DNA of 64,000 nucleotides from Saprolegnia diclina VS20 (GCF_000281045.1 NW_008246068.1:746371-810370), one strand, 5' to 3'; counted from the first letter of the stretch, positions 31,652-42,782 are shown. Translations and numbers: made by a program. The notes: generated by a model not told the origin, from the letters alone.

Positions 31652-33041
31652 TTACCGCGTGGCTTTTGGCGCCTTTTTTTTGGCTTTTTTCTTCTTTTTC
31701 TTCTTCTTTTGCGCCGCCTTGAGCTGATGTCGTGTGCGGTACCCGCGAAAGTGGGCTTGGATCTTGGCAATGTACCGGAACGCCAGGGCTTCCTTGGACT
31801 CGCGCACCTAATAGCGCAGGACCGTCAAACGATCCGGAGGGGTAGGGTAGGGGTAGGGTCGATCACCTTGCGCTCGTCGTCCCAGCGCGCCACATCAGCG
31901 GCCGTGCGACGGTCGTTTTCATCCATGATGGCAAAGTGCTCGACGAGCCGGTCGATCTCGGCGGCGTCCGACGCGGTCGCGGACCGCAGTGCGTCGATGT
32001 CCGCTTGCAGCGCAAAGAGGTCTTGGTCGTAGCGCTCGAGCAGGCTCCCGAGTTCGACGGCGCCCTTGAGCTTCTTCTTTCGATGGCCCGTCTCGACATA
32101 GTGGTGCTGGTCCTGCACGTGGACTTGGGCGACGCTGCGTGTCGACACTTCGTCGCGGAGCCGTGCGTTCTACAGCACCGGAATATCGACGAAAATGAAG
32201 TCGCTTCGTACATCTTCTTCAAATGTGTTGAGGAGACCAAACTCGGCTTGCTTGGCGTCTTGGTCGATGAGCGCATTTGCTTGCTCGGTGCCATGGTTGA
32301 TGTCGTGGAGCTCCGCTAGACGAGAACATTTGAAAATTGCAAAATACACAAAATGTCACTTTTGAGCGCGAGAATTTTCTTGAGATTTTGTCGGCTCGCC
32401 GCGTCGCGCGCCTCGTGCTGCGCCCGCACTTCAAACAGCATTTGCTTGTAGTCGTGTTCGGCTTCGCGGATGCGGACCTTCATGTCGCTCAGGAGCGCGC
32501 GGTGCACCTCGTCTTCCTCGACCGACGTGCTCAGCGTGATGCGAACGCGGTCCCGGACCGCGGCCACATGCCCCGCAAAGGCCGAGAGGCCCGTTGGCGG
32601 CGCATTGTTGTTGCTGTGGTGCTGGTTGCTCTTGTGCTCAGCCTACAAGTGCCACCGCGTCCATCGCCCAACTAAGCTTTTTAGCAATACCAATAAGACA
32701 CTGGTGCCCTGCGCGTGCCGGTACATGGCCCGGCAGAGCGCGCGGGTACTGGCCTTGGCCAAGCCAAACGCCGCTTCGCCCTCCTCGGACGAGAGGTCGA
32801 CGCGATCGGGCTGCGTCAAGTGCGTGAGCAAGTCATCTTCCGCGAGGAAGTGGTTCTCGAGCGCGAAGGCGGCGTCGCTATCGAGCTGGCTGCACACGGC
32901 TTTGAGCGCAACGGCGGCGAGGTGGTTGCTGTTGACGTCCTGCGTTGGCGCAGGCACCGTCGATAGCAAATGCAGCTTCTCGACGGCCTCGCTGAGCAGC
33001 GAGAGCACGCGGTCGCTCTCGACGCAAGTAAACCGGCTCAT
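31652..33041 (-). CDS. DRC10: IQ-domain coiled-coil protein, dynein regulatory complex DRC10/IQCD-like; multi-exon (start uncertain)
   Basis: N-terminal MSRFTCVESDRVLSLLSEAVEKLHLL, STRALCR, HRKKKLK..VEL..LLERYDQDL. Last exon (31807-31652) reads VRESKEALAFRYIAKIQAHFRGYRTR + Lys-rich tail, matching the IQCD architecture. Confidence 0.72.
31839..31858 (+). other. Canonical G-quadruplex motif inside the last DRC10 intron (31808-31866)
   Basis: gggg-ta-ggg-ta-gggg-ta-ggg on the plus strand. Confidence 0.55.
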
Positions 33042-33571
33042 GCCGCCGACATGCGACTGCCGTTTCACTGCGATCACGTAACCAACTGCATCACTTGCAG
33101 TCCATGCAAGACAGTTTGTCTGCGCGGAGTCCATGACCTTGAGAAGAGGACGATATGTGTATGGACAAGCATCGACAGCAGGCGTGAACTCGAAAGCGGG
33201 GCTGTGACAGCTCGGAAGATCCCCCAGAGCGCCACTGGACTGGTACAGGACATCCGCGATGCGCGGTACTCGACCGATGCCATCTGGACACGGACAACGC
33301 AGCGATCGATGCGATTTGCTGCCATCCCGTCGGCCTTTCTCGAGTGCGACTGCGACAATGAGCGCAAGCTCATGCTGACCGGACGGGCTCCATGTGGCAG
33401 ATGCCCTATGAGCACAGTCCGCAGCAGGCCGCAGCACCAAGACCAAGGTGGCTTTGGCCTGCAGCGCTCTCTGGGTCCCTTCGCACTATGGTTAATCGAC
33501 TTTATGGTTAATCGACTTGGCCGAGCTGGCGTGGCGAGCTTGGATCGGCATCCCAGGCAGATCGCGCCTAT

Positions 33572-33597
33572 TGATTGGCTGGCTTTTCAGCCAATCA
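33572..33597. promoter_or_regulatory. Perfect inverted pair of CCAAT boxes in a divergent intergenic region
   Basis: TGATTGGCTG-gctttt-CAGCCAATCA (10-bp arms), 48 nt upstream of ATG 33645. Confidence 0.65.
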
Positions 33598-33644
33598 CAA
33601 CCGACTGAATCATCGCTGAATCATTCTGGCCTTTCTGGCTTGCC

Positions 33645-34940
33645 ATGGGAGGGGGCGTCGCATGGACCAAGGGCAGCACGCTCGGCTTCACACGCTGGAG
33701 CCAAGAGCCCTTCGAGCTCTCGCCCGTGGAGCTTGCGAGCTTGGACATTCCGGTCCCGCCAGGCCAGCCCACGACGGGGCTACTGCTGCGGTACCGGGAC
33801 CACGCGCTGCTCGTCCATCACGCGTCCGCAGTCGCCAGCGACGACGCGACCAAGCGCATGCTCGAGTTTGTGGGTCGATCGCTCGACAGCGTGCGCAAAG
33901 CCAACAAGTACTTTACCGCCGCGGCGACGGTCTCCGTGCGCTTCTACGTCGGGTCCGAGGCCGAGCGCGACCAGTGGCTGCAGCTCGTGCTCCTCAACAC
34001 ACAGGTGCAGCCACATGTCGTTGCGACTCCTGTGCCACCCGCACCGCTTGAGCTGCCAGAACTCCCAGCTACATTGAGCGCGGCGCCAACACCTCGCCGC
34101 CTCAGCGAGACGATCAATGACGGTTTCCAGAGCTTGGCGAACGCTGAGGCCTGCGAGGACGCTTCGGACACGATTGGTGCCCTCGCTGCGTACCGAGAAG
34201 CCCACGCGCGCTTCACGCAAGTGCATCCGCAGCTGCCAATGAACAAGACGCGGGAGCTCATTGCTGACAAATGCAATGAGATCCAGGCCATCATCGACGA
34301 CTTGATGGCCCCTCGACCAGCGACAACAACGTTGGCGCCGGCCACCGCCACAGCACCGCCGCCACCATTGGTCTCCTCCGCTAACGACGCACCCTTTTCG
34401 CAGCATGACATCGCGGGCCCACTGCCAGCACCCGCACCAATTCCTACGAACCTCGACGAGCGGCTGAACCGTCTGCAAGGATTCGCCGATTCGCTCCAGG
34501 TGGAGAAGGCTCGGGCCGAGAAGAGCACCAAGAAGTCGGACTTGGAGCTCCGTTTTGCAGCGTTGAAGAACGAGGCCAGCCGCGCTCCACCGCTCGAGTC
34601 GCTGGAAGCACGACTGACCAAGCTCCGGGGCGGAACCCCTAGCCCTGTGAGCAGCAGCCGCAACGTCGCCGTCGAGTCGGCCATTGACCTCGCCCTCGAG
34701 TACGCAATGAGCGGCGAGGACGGGAGCCCACAGGCGGCGCCACACGCTCGGCAAGTCGACGATCTCATCACGCAGGTCCAGCACGAGATCGCGCTGGGTA
34801 TGCAGGATGATCCGACACGCCTCTCCCTCGACAGCAGCGAGATCAGCGACGACGACGCGTCTAGTAGTAGCTCCGACTCGGACGACGCCACTTCACCGCG
34901 CTCCAGCCAGCGTGCCAAGCGTGGAAAAGCCCCCTTGTAA
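33645..34940 (+). CDS. Protein with PH-like N-terminus, MIT-like three-helix domain and repeated MIM1-like motifs
   Basis: VRFYVGSEAERDQWLQLV (PH C-terminal helix); GFQSLANAEACED.....ALAAYREA...F..........TRELIADKCNEI (MIT-like); LDERLNRLQ, LELRFAALK, LEARLTKLR. Confidence 0.75.
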   Translation: MGGGVAWTKGSTLGFTRWSQEPFELSPVELASLDIPVPPGQPTTGLLLRYRDHALLVHHASAVASDDATKRMLEFVGRSLDSVRKANKYFTAAATVSVRFYVGSEAERDQWLQLVLLNTQVQPHVVATPVPPAPLELPELPATLSAAPTPRRLSETINDGFQSLANAEACEDASDTIGALAAYREAHARFTQVHPQLPMNKTRELIADKCNEIQAIIDDLMAPRPATTTLAPATATAPPPPLVSSANDAPFSQHDIAGPLPAPAPIPTNLDERLNRLQGFADSLQVEKARAEKSTKKSDLELRFAALKNEASRAPPLESLEARLTKLRGGTPSPVSSSRNVAVESAIDLALEYAMSGEDGSPQAAPHARQVDDLITQVQHEIALGMQDDPTRLSLDSSEISDDDASSSSSDSDDATSPRSSQRAKRGKAPL

Positions 34941-34988
34941 TCGAAACGAACGTATAAAAAGGTTGGTTGACTGCATAAGCCGCGAGTC

Positions 34989-36621
34989 CTACAGCGTGGC
35001 GACCGTGATGGGCGTAGCGAGCGAAAAGTGCGTCGGCGTGAGAAGCGCACTGAGCTTCTCGTCGTGCTCGCGGCGGGCGAGGCGCCGCGTGTACGCTAGG
35101 ACACCGATGGCTACCACGGTCGCTGCCCCAGCGACGACAAACCCAAACACAACCGCCGGGCTGTTGTACGTCATGGCGCGGGTGTCGGCCGTCAAGGTCG
35201 TCGTCGATGCCTGCGAAGCTATCGGCGATGCTTGAGATGCGACGGGCGATGCGACAGGCGATGTGAGAACGGGCTGCGAGACGGCCAACACAGGCACCAC
35301 ACAGGTTGACTGTGCTCCGATCGAAAGCGATACGTCGACGACCGAGGCGTTGGCCGTTGTGTTGACCGACGTGCCGCGGACGCCGATGCTGTTGGCGCCC
35401 GACGGCAATGCCGTGTTGAACGCTTCCGACGTCAGCGTCCACGTCCCTGTCGACGCGTTCTCGGCGCTCGCCATGCAATTCCACGTATCCGAAATGGACG
35501 CCACGTGAGCTGCGCGGACGTCAATGCGCCACGGGCCTGCGTCACCCGAGCTTTGCGCCGTGAGGTAGACGTAGAGAGCAAACCCACCGGGCCAGACCGA
35601 CCAGGCATATGTGGCATCGGCGCACGTTTCTTCAAGTGTCGTGGCGGGAGGTTGCGTCATTGGTGGCGTCGAGGCCACGGGTGTCGTCGTCAACGTCGGT
35701 GAACTCGTCGCGGAGGGGCTTGAGCAGGGGGTCGAAGTGGTCGTCGTCGTCGTTGGTGGTGGTGTCTTTGGTGGTGATGTTAGCATTGGTGTTGAGGTCG
35801 GCGTTGGGGCAGCGGACGGTGCTGGCGCCGGGGGCAATGTATTTGGGCTACTACCCGAGGTACCAGCAAACTGGTTGGTGCCTACGAGGGTCTGACCGAT
35901 GGCGAGACCCGGAAGTGTATCGAGGACAACTTGTCCATCCGTCGACGTCACGCGCACGTCAAAGGGACCCGGCGGAAACGCGGACGCAAACTCGCCAATA
36001 AAGAGGAACGTCGTGATGCTGCTGGCCGACGGCGGCGCCAAGAGGTGCCACGTGTCGTCGTTGGCCGTTCGGATTTCAAACGATGCGACTGGCATACCAA
36101 AGTTGCGCGGTTGCAGTCCGACCCAAAACTTGTTGGACCCTGCGTCGACAAAATACTCGATCGGGCCCGAGACAAAGTCGTTGGAACAAGGCACAAAGTC
36201 CCACGCGATCGAGACGCGTGTCGGGTCGAGTCCCGTGAGCGCTGCAAAGGCTACGTCACGACTTAGTATCAATCTATCAATTCCGAGAGTGCACTTTTGT
36301 ACCTTGGTTTGAAAAATCCAGCGAGCCATGGAGACACTCGGGGCACTGGTTGGTGATGAGCACGACGACGGACGACCCGGTGCACGCGGCGCTGGTGCAC
36401 GTGACGCGCGCGCACCGGCCGCAGTTCATCGCATCGTCCCACTGCGGCGCATTGATGGCGGCAAAGTACGTCTGGCCAGCGCTCTTGCTGGATCCCCAAA
36501 GCGACGTAAACCCGCAGTTGCCGCCGACCCAGTCGCTCGAGTACGCCGTGCCGTCGCCCGTATACGTTGCTTGCGCCGAGAAGGCGCCGAGCAGCAGAGG
36601 CAGCCACCGCCAGCCCTGCAT
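34989..36621 (-). CDS. Expansin-like protein (DPBB + CBM63) with P/T linker, CBM2-like domain and C-terminal TM; intron 36251-36302
   Basis: Signal peptide; YTGDGTAY..GGNC, FAAINAPQW...NCGRC, TNQCPECLHGSLDFS, IAWDFVPC, GSNKFWVGLQPRN. CBM2-like SVWPGGF...PWRI...DTWN...FN..LP.G...IG; TM AVVFGFVVAGAATVVAIGVLAY. Confidence 0.88.
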
Positions 36622-36855
36622 AGTCAAAGAAAGGACAAATGACCGCGACCGCGCGACGTGCGATGCTATAAATATGCCGATCCGACGTCGCCCATCTTGG
36701 CCGATACCCTTGCCATCAACATGGCGACCCGACCAAGTTAATTGTACACAAATGGTTTTTGTTCTGTATTTTTAGGTTGAATTTATCTTGCAGTTTCGCA
36801 TTTTGTTGTGGTGTCCATTTGGCTTTCGTATTGTTTACTTGGAGTTGTTGTGGGC

Positions 36856-37527
36856 CTAGACGGCCGCGTCGGCTTCGTCACCGAGGCTGCACTGAGAAAT
36901 GAGTGCCTGAAAGTCCTTGATCGCGTCCATCATGTTGGCGGCGGCCTCCGCCTTGTCGCTCAGGAGCGGTCGGCGGAAGCGCAGCACAACTGGCTTGCGC
37001 GCCCACGCCTCGGACGTTGTTCGTGGCGACACTTCGACGCCGTTGACGCGCAAAAGGACGTCGCCGTTGCGCATATGGTGGCCGCCGATCGCGGTTTTGC
37101 GCGCGTCGAGCACGAGATTGCGAACCGCGAGAACGTTGTGGCCGACGCGCCCGAGCGTAAAGTTGAAGTCGCCGTCAAACACCGTCCAAATGACGTCGTA
37201 GAGTACTTTGGGCAAGCGCGTTTCGAGCTCGACGGACGACGCGCCATGCGATTTACATGTGGTCGCCGACATAAAGTCGAGTGTGAACGCGACCTTGCGC
37301 TCGTCGCGAAAGGCAATGATCGACGCCATCGCGTCATACGCCGTCGTGCCAATCACCGAGCAGCCGTTGATGTTGATGAGAAAGTCCATCTCGCGCACGC
37401 CGTGGTGGAACGCAAGGCCCTTCTCGTCGACGTACGAGAGCACGATGCCGCCGTCGGCCGAGCCCACGAGCTGAATGCCGAGCTGCGCCGACGGCGGGCA
37501 CTCGAGGTGGATGTTGGGCCGCAGCAT
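36856..37527 (-). CDS. Small protein with two PDZ-like domains (start uncertain)
   Basis: QLGIQL...IVLSYVDEKGLA..HGVREMDFLININGCSV and MRNGDVLLRVNGVEV...PVVLRFRRP. Confidence 0.7.
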   Translation of the reverse strand: MLRPNIHLECPPSAQLGIQLVGSADGGIVLSYVDEKGLAFHHGVREMDFLININGCSVIGTTAYDAMASIIAFRDERKVAFTLDFMSATTCKSHGASSVELETRLPKVLYDVIWTVFDGDFNFTLGRVGHNVLAVRNLVLDARKTAIGGHHMRNGDVLLRVNGVEVSPRTTSEAWARKPVVLRFRRPLLSDKAEAAANMMDAIKDFQALISQCSLGDEADAAV

Positions 37528-38108
37528 ATTCTTCTCACGTATCGACACTTGCAAAATGCGCTTTCCATGCTTTTGGCAATCTCGCTTTTCCGCCAAGCGA
37601 AAAAATCCCCTAACCTCACCTCACCTACCCCTATAGATGGCTTTTTCACAGGTATACCTCGATCGATCGAGCATCGAGCATCGCTTGGGCGATAGCGCTT
37701 GTTTGTCGAGATGGCTTTGCGTACAGAGAGATGGGCCACATAATACTCAAGGAGGAATAGCGTGGATGCAGGCTCCTGTTCTTCGGCCACCCGACAGAGG
37801 AATCTCTGACCTTATCGGAAGATCGATTCGATCCACCCATGTAAACGCGCTTGGATAGAGTTACATGAACGTATCTCGAGTGATCTTTGTTGAACATAGA
37901 CTTTGCACCAGTAGGGACTAGGAATTTCCTTCATCTTCACTCGCCGGGCCTGCGCACGGCGGTGCGTCTAGCTCGTCTGTCGTCGCCCGGTATGTGTGCG
38001 AATATGGTGTCAAGTGTGTGCATATGGTGTTAAAGTACTATCATTTAAAGTGAGTGGTATCGCGCCATCGTCGTCTACTGGGCGTGCTATATAGTAAGGT
38101 GCGTGACG

Positions 38109-41009
38109 TTAGATCCAGACGCCGTCGCCTTCTTCCTCTTCTTCGTCCGAATCCGAGTCGTCGTACTTGCTCGGGTCCAGCATCGACATGCGCTCATCAG
38201 CCTCCATCGTCAGCTTCTTGAACAAGTTGATCTGGTCGTCGCTGAGGCCCGTAAACTCGGCAATGTCGCCGTCGCCCATCATGATCATCGACATGCGCGC
38301 CTGCTTGACGACCTCGTGCGCTTCTTCGAGCTGCTTGGCCATTGCAAAGTTCTGCTCCTCGCGGGCCCGAAGCAGCTCGGCGTCCTTGTCAAACTCGTCG
38401 TCTTCCTCTTCCTCATCTTCGTCGTCCATCGTGTAGTGGTGCTCGTCGTCGTCAAAGCTGCTCACGCTCATCTTGGACGGCGACCGGTGGCTATCGTCGT
38501 TGCCAAACGTCTTGCGCATCGGCGGCTCGGGCGTCGACACCTGTCGCATCTTCATGTGGCTGTCCGAGCGCGACCGCTGCAAGTCGGGCTTGTAGAAATG
38601 CGCAAACTCGGACGGCGCGTCGTCATCGTCGGCCGCTTCGTCGCCTTCTTCAATGACCGCCTTGGGGTCGTCGCCCGCCGACATGCGAATCGACTGGAGG
38701 TCTTGGTCCGACCGTTCGCGCTGCGCTTGGAGCTTGCGGGCCAGCTCCTCCTTGCCATCGGCGCGCGCCTTGTCCTCCTCGGCCTTGAGCATCCGCGCGA
38801 GCTCCTCCTTCCCGCGCTTCTCCCGCTCCATGCGGTCGCGGTCGCTCGAACTCGACGACCGGTGCCCGTTAAAGTGGTGGACCGGGTTGCCACCGCTTTT
38901 TCGCAACTCTTCGAGCTCGTGGAGCATCTTCTCCGCTTCGAGACGCGCGTTGCGCTCCTCGACCTCGTTGTGCAGGAGGTCTTCGCGCGTGCTCGGGCGG
39001 CGATACAGGCCACCTTTTGGCAAAGGCGCAGGCGCCTCGTCGGTCGTCGCCTCGTCTTGGTCTTCGTCTTCTTCGACAATGGTCGTGTGGACAGTCGCGT
39101 TGTCCGCAACGACGATCGGCTCGCCGTAGAACGCTTCCCAGCAGCTCGTGCAGTACCACTGCCCGTCGTCGTCGAGGAAGAAGGGCACAGCGAGCGACTC
39201 GAGGCAGTGGCACTCGGCGCACGTCTTGCGCGCCTTCTTCGTCGGCAGCGCCGTCTTGGTGATGTGACTCAGATCTTCCAAGATCGACTGGCGCATCATG
39301 TCGTACTGGTCGAACGCCGTGTCGTCCGCCGCGCTGTTTTCAGCTGCGGCCGCAAAGCTCTCGTCTTCGGTCTCGTAGTTCTCGCGCCGGAACGGCGTGA
39401 TGACCGACGCAAGCTGCGCGAGCATGTTGTTTTGCTGGCCAATGACCTCGACGGGCTTGTTCTCGGTCGCCGACCGCAGAATGCGCTCGCGTTGCTGCAG
39501 CGCGAGGTACTCTTCGTACTTCTTGGCCTCTTCCTTGACGCGCTCGAGGGCCTCGGCCAGCACTTGGGCCTCCCGCTCGGCGCGGGTCAGCGCCTCCTTC
39601 TTCTCACCGCGCTTCTTCTCGGCCTGCGCCGCCACGTACGCCTTGGCTGCAACGCGAATGAGATGCGCCTCCTTTGTGCCATCGACAATCTCAGAGAGCA
39701 GGACGCCAGCAAACGCGTCGGTGAGCGGGTCCAAGCCTTGCGACGTCGCGACGAGCTGCTTGGCCACGTCGAGCGGGATCTGCTCGCGCTTGGGCGTCGC
39801 GGCGCGGGGCGGGTCGACTTCGCGGGCGCTGGGGCGGAAGCGCAAGATCGCGGGCTTGGGCGTGTGCTTGAGGAGGCGGAGCGTGCCCGTGTACGAGGCG
39901 CCGTCGACGGTCTTGCCGTTGACCGAGACAAGGACGTCGCCGACGTGGGCGTTGTGGAGGCCGCTGGCACTGCCGCGGCCCGTGAGGCGCGAGATCATGG
40001 GAACGTCGGCGGGAGTTGGCTTGAGCTTGAGCCCAAGCTCGCCTTCGCGCCACACAATGTCGTAGAGGCTCGTGTCGACGACGTTCGGGCGCGCCGAGTC
40101 GAGGACGACCGACGCCACCGACGGCTTCTCGGCCTCTTCACCGCGTTTGCGCGACGGCCGCCGGCGCATGCGTTTGAACTTGAGCACCGCGGGCTTTGTG
40201 ATCGACTTGAGGAGCGAGATCGACGACCGGAACCCGATCTCCTTGGTGTCTTGGCCGTTGATGACGAGGAGGATGTCGCCGACGCGCGCGCGGTCAATGC
40301 CACTCGTGCCGACGCCCTTGCCTGTGATTTTTCGAATGCATGGAATGTGGCAGTCGTCGTCGTCCGGCCGGAAGATCATGCCGAGTGGGCCCTCGGTCCA
40401 GACAACCGTGTACGTTTCGCGGCGGGGCTTGACCGGCGCCGACGTCGACGAGGTGGCCGAGACCGTCGACGCCTCGGACGACGTCGACGACGAGTGGGCG
40501 AGGACCGGGGGCGGCAGCACGACGGCGTTTGCCCGCTCGCGCTCGCTGTCGCGCTCTGATCGCCGCCGGTGTTCCCGCTCGCGGTGTTCTCGCTCGCGGT
40601 CGCGCTCGATGCGGTAGCTTTCGCCGCGCGAGGTGCCCAAAGCGGCGGCGCTCGAGACGCCACGGCGGTACTCGCGGTGCGACGACGACGACGAGTGTTC
40701 GCGCCGACGGTCCAATTCGGCGCCTGTGCTGTTGCGCGCGCCGAGTGTCAGAAGCGACTTGGGTATCCGGAAGCGCAGAATCGCCGGCCGATGGATCGTC
40801 TTGAGCATCTCGACCGTCGCGTCGTACCCGCGCCGCGCGGTATCCATGCCGTTGATGCTCACGAGCATGTGGCCGACGGCGACGCCGGCCTTGGCCGCTG
40901 CCGAGTCTTCGCGCGTGATGCGGCCGACGACCGGCGGCATGTCCTCGCCGAGGTCCGGACGCAGCGTCAGCCCCAAGGAGCCCTCGCCCCATGAGACCTG
41001 GTACTCCAT
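38109..41009 (-). CDS. 966-aa scaffold protein: three PDZ domains, coiled coils, C4 zinc finger, acidic tail
   Basis: Three Y.V.W.EG.LG...P....P.....T...A.VGD.L..ING....PA.LRF repeats; CAECHC...WYCTSCW; intronless. Confidence 0.88.
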   Translation of the reverse strand: MEYQVSWGEGSLGLTLRPDLGEDMPPVVGRITREDSAAAKAGVAVGHMLVSINGMDTARRGYDATVEMLKTIHRPAILRFRIPKSLLTLGARNSTGAELDRRREHSSSSSHREYRRGVSSAAALGTSRGESYRIERDREREHREREHRRRSERDSERERANAVVLPPPVLAHSSSTSSEASTVSATSSTSAPVKPRRETYTVVWTEGPLGMIFRPDDDDCHIPCIRKITGKGVGTSGIDRARVGDILLVINGQDTKEIGFRSSISLLKSITKPAVLKFKRMRRRPSRKRGEEAEKPSVASVVLDSARPNVVDTSLYDIVWREGELGLKLKPTPADVPMISRLTGRGSASGLHNAHVGDVLVSVNGKTVDGASYTGTLRLLKHTPKPAILRFRPSAREVDPPRAATPKREQIPLDVAKQLVATSQGLDPLTDAFAGVLLSEIVDGTKEAHLIRVAAKAYVAAQAEKKRGEKKEALTRAEREAQVLAEALERVKEEAKKYEEYLALQQRERILRSATENKPVEVIGQQNNMLAQLASVITPFRRENYETEDESFAAAAENSAADDTAFDQYDMMRQSILEDLSHITKTALPTKKARKTCAECHCLESLAVPFFLDDDGQWYCTSCWEAFYGEPIVVADNATVHTTIVEEDEDQDEATTDEAPAPLPKGGLYRRPSTREDLLHNEVEERNARLEAEKMLHELEELRKSGGNPVHHFNGHRSSSSSDRDRMEREKRGKEELARMLKAEEDKARADGKEELARKLQAQRERSDQDLQSIRMSAGDDPKAVIEEGDEAADDDDAPSEFAHFYKPDLQRSRSDSHMKMRQVSTPEPPMRKTFGNDDSHRSPSKMSVSSFDDDEHHYTMDDEDEEEEDDEFDKDAELLRAREEQNFAMAKQLEEAHEVVKQARMSMIMMGDGDIAEFTGLSDDQINLFKKLTMEADERMSMLDPSKYDDSDSDEEEEEGDGVWI

Positions 41010-41842
41010 GAGCTCTACGACGACTACGGGAGATTGGCTGGCGTCAATATACTGTCGCCCACGGACTTCAAGATATCAAATGCTACAGGAACCCTCCGGA
41101 TAACGGCAGGCGCCAGTGCAAACCGGTTCGGTTCAAAACCCGGTTCAAGCTCTCGTACCGCCACCCTCGGACGCTGCGTTCACGCAGCGCCGCTAACCGC
41201 GCGACAAGCAAGACACCCACCCTGCCCACGATTGCCCTTGCGGCGTACGAGACAGGTCGCGCGGTATTATCGGGACAGTATGCGGTAGGGATATGGCGCC
41301 AACTGTAGTCGCAGTTGCAAGCCAGCCAAAGTAGCACGCGACGCCGGCGCAGCGTCGTCTTGGCCGATCCCCTGCAGCGCAACTTGGGGCTCTTCAGGAC
41401 GGGCCTCGTAGGCGCGCTGGTGCCAACTGAGCGCAAGCGCATGGCGTTGAGGGCTTTCAGGCCCGGTCCGACGGGAGTGAACCGGTTGGCCTGCGGAACG
41501 TCAGTCCCATGAAACCTCTCACAGTTGATATTATCCGGATACCGCTCCCGAGCAAGGGACTCGCGGTGAGTATGGTAAGAACATGCGCGCGTTGGCCAAT
41601 CAGCGTGCGACTTTGCATTTTTATTGCGACGCAAGAAGAAACGTGTCTGTGACTACCTTGGGTTTGTATCGGACCGGCAATAAACACGCTGTGGAATTTA
41701 TATTACTGTGCCATCCGGATAAACAGGCGCGTGTGTAATCCGGACGAACTCGGATCGATTGCCCACCCACACCCCGTGCATCCAGGTGCGTCGTACTGTA
41801 CACAAATGCCTAGTCCATATTCGTAATATAACGTTAGTATAT

Positions 41843-41876
41843 TGCTAAAACGACCAATATGCTAAAACGACCAATA
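41843..41876. repeat. 17-nt perfect tandem duplication
   Basis: tgctaaaacgaccaata x2. Confidence 0.85.
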
Positions 41877-42782
41877 CATATATTGCATGCAGACACTCTC
41901 ACAACGAAATATGTCTATTGCCAGTTGCCAGTGGGCGCGGTGGGACGATGCCCTGGTCCAGCGTGGGCTTCAACGAGGCGCCCTTGGCGATCGCGCGACG
42001 GTAATACCGTGTGCGACACTAGTACACACTGCAATATACAGTGTTTGTTCGCATGCTTTTGTGCACATATGCAGCTTCTGCCAGCGCCAGGCCGTGTCAA
42101 CGCCACTTACTTAAGCGGTGTACGTCGACAGAATCCAAAGCGTCGAGACGATCGAGTTTTGCTTGCGCTCGAAGCGCGACAGACTATGGTAGCCAGCGGA
42201 TACGAATCTCGAAATCTTATTTAGCGCCGCTCGCTCTTAGTGCTTGGTCCTTATCGGGTCGTCGTGTCGGGTCCGATATCGACTTTGAACGATGATGTCC
42301 AAACAAACGTGGACGCCGCTCAAGCGTTGAAATGTTCACGGTTCCAACGTTAAGGTCTATGGTAATGGACACATTGTTTTGCCCTTGGAAACGTCGTCTT
42401 CTTGTGCAACAATGAGCTCTGCTCGTGTCAGTCCTGCGTCTTGTCGCCTTGATAGCGCCGTTTCCAAGTAGTGGAAGAGGTTTTCCGCACAAGGCCGAGC
42501 GCTCAAAAGCCCAAGAAAAAGTACAATTACGACTAAAATCCACGCGCAGAGCAAGCGAGCTCGAGCTATTCACAAACTTGTCGTATCAGTCAAGAGCCTC
42601 GCCCACCACTGGCATGGTGGGCACCAACGCGGTTATTGCCCAAGTATATAGCTCGGTCTTGTTGATTTTGTTCTGTATGGTTGAATTTGCCACTTCAAGT
42701 CTCCACCTTGCAACGTTTAATGCATTAATGCACTTGCTCCACTGTAGCATACCTCGTCCAAGAACCAATATATCGACGTGCT

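Noticed and set aside
38103..40559. Long plus-strand ORF (818 aa), and similar ones such as 22775-24514, 21573-22778, 30225-31478, 13867-14961 and 61180-62496
   Set aside because: Antisense shadows of real genes caused by strong GC3 bias; no recognisable domains.
41083..42700. Possible transposon in the long intergenic stretch
   Set aside because: No transposase or RT motifs and no convincing TIR/LTR pair; only a 17-nt tandem duplication is supportable.
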